The translations under genes were made by a program, and so were the position numbers. This document shows positions 63,900-64,000 of a stretch of 64,000 nucleotides of DNA, piece by piece. This stretch comes from Eledone cirrhosa (Eukaryota). Location of the stretch: NCBI GenBank assembly GCA_964016885.1, contig OZ024740.1:87172001-87236000 (forward strand), written 5' to 3'. Each line of letters opens with the position of its first letter. The stretch's first letter is position 1. Below the pieces are notes generated by a model. It did not search any database. It was not told the DNA's origin and saw only the letters and a list, made by a program, of their open reading frames with translations.

Positions 63900-64000
63900 A
63901 TATATATATATATATATATATATTCCTGGTGATTTCTCAAGAATGAAACAGTTCTAGTCTATATATATATATTTCACACACGGAAATGTATATATATTTC

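Overview
AT-rich, microsatellite-dense animal DNA with no convincing host exon, so probably intronic or intergenic. The repeat inventory suggests a cephalopod (Octopus-like) genome; this is an inference, not a database result. The window holds five young RTE-clade LINE copies from three subfamilies: A (40.9-43.0 kb, +), B (45.4-47.3 kb, -), C (47.3-49.8 kb, -), D (58.7-62.0 kb, -) and E (62.8-63.9 kb, +). All are 5'-truncated and A-D carry frameshifts or stops. It also contains a 3.2 kb non-autonomous Helitron with both termini and a PIF1 helicase remnant, old RTE/Expander and restriction-like-endonuclease LINE relics, at least three tRNA-derived SINE families and several MITEs. Five observations stand out. 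(1) A PHD-type C4HC3 finger sits inside the RT domain of all three RTE subfamilies. (2) These RTEs repeatedly abut (TA)n tracts. (3) One SINE is a mosaic of two different RTE 3' regions. (4) Helitron-like CTAG ends form palindromes. (5) There is a degenerate hammerhead-like fold in an inverted repeat. Coordinates were read by eye and may be off by a few bases, and most short ORFs in the track are microsatellite or antisense artefacts.
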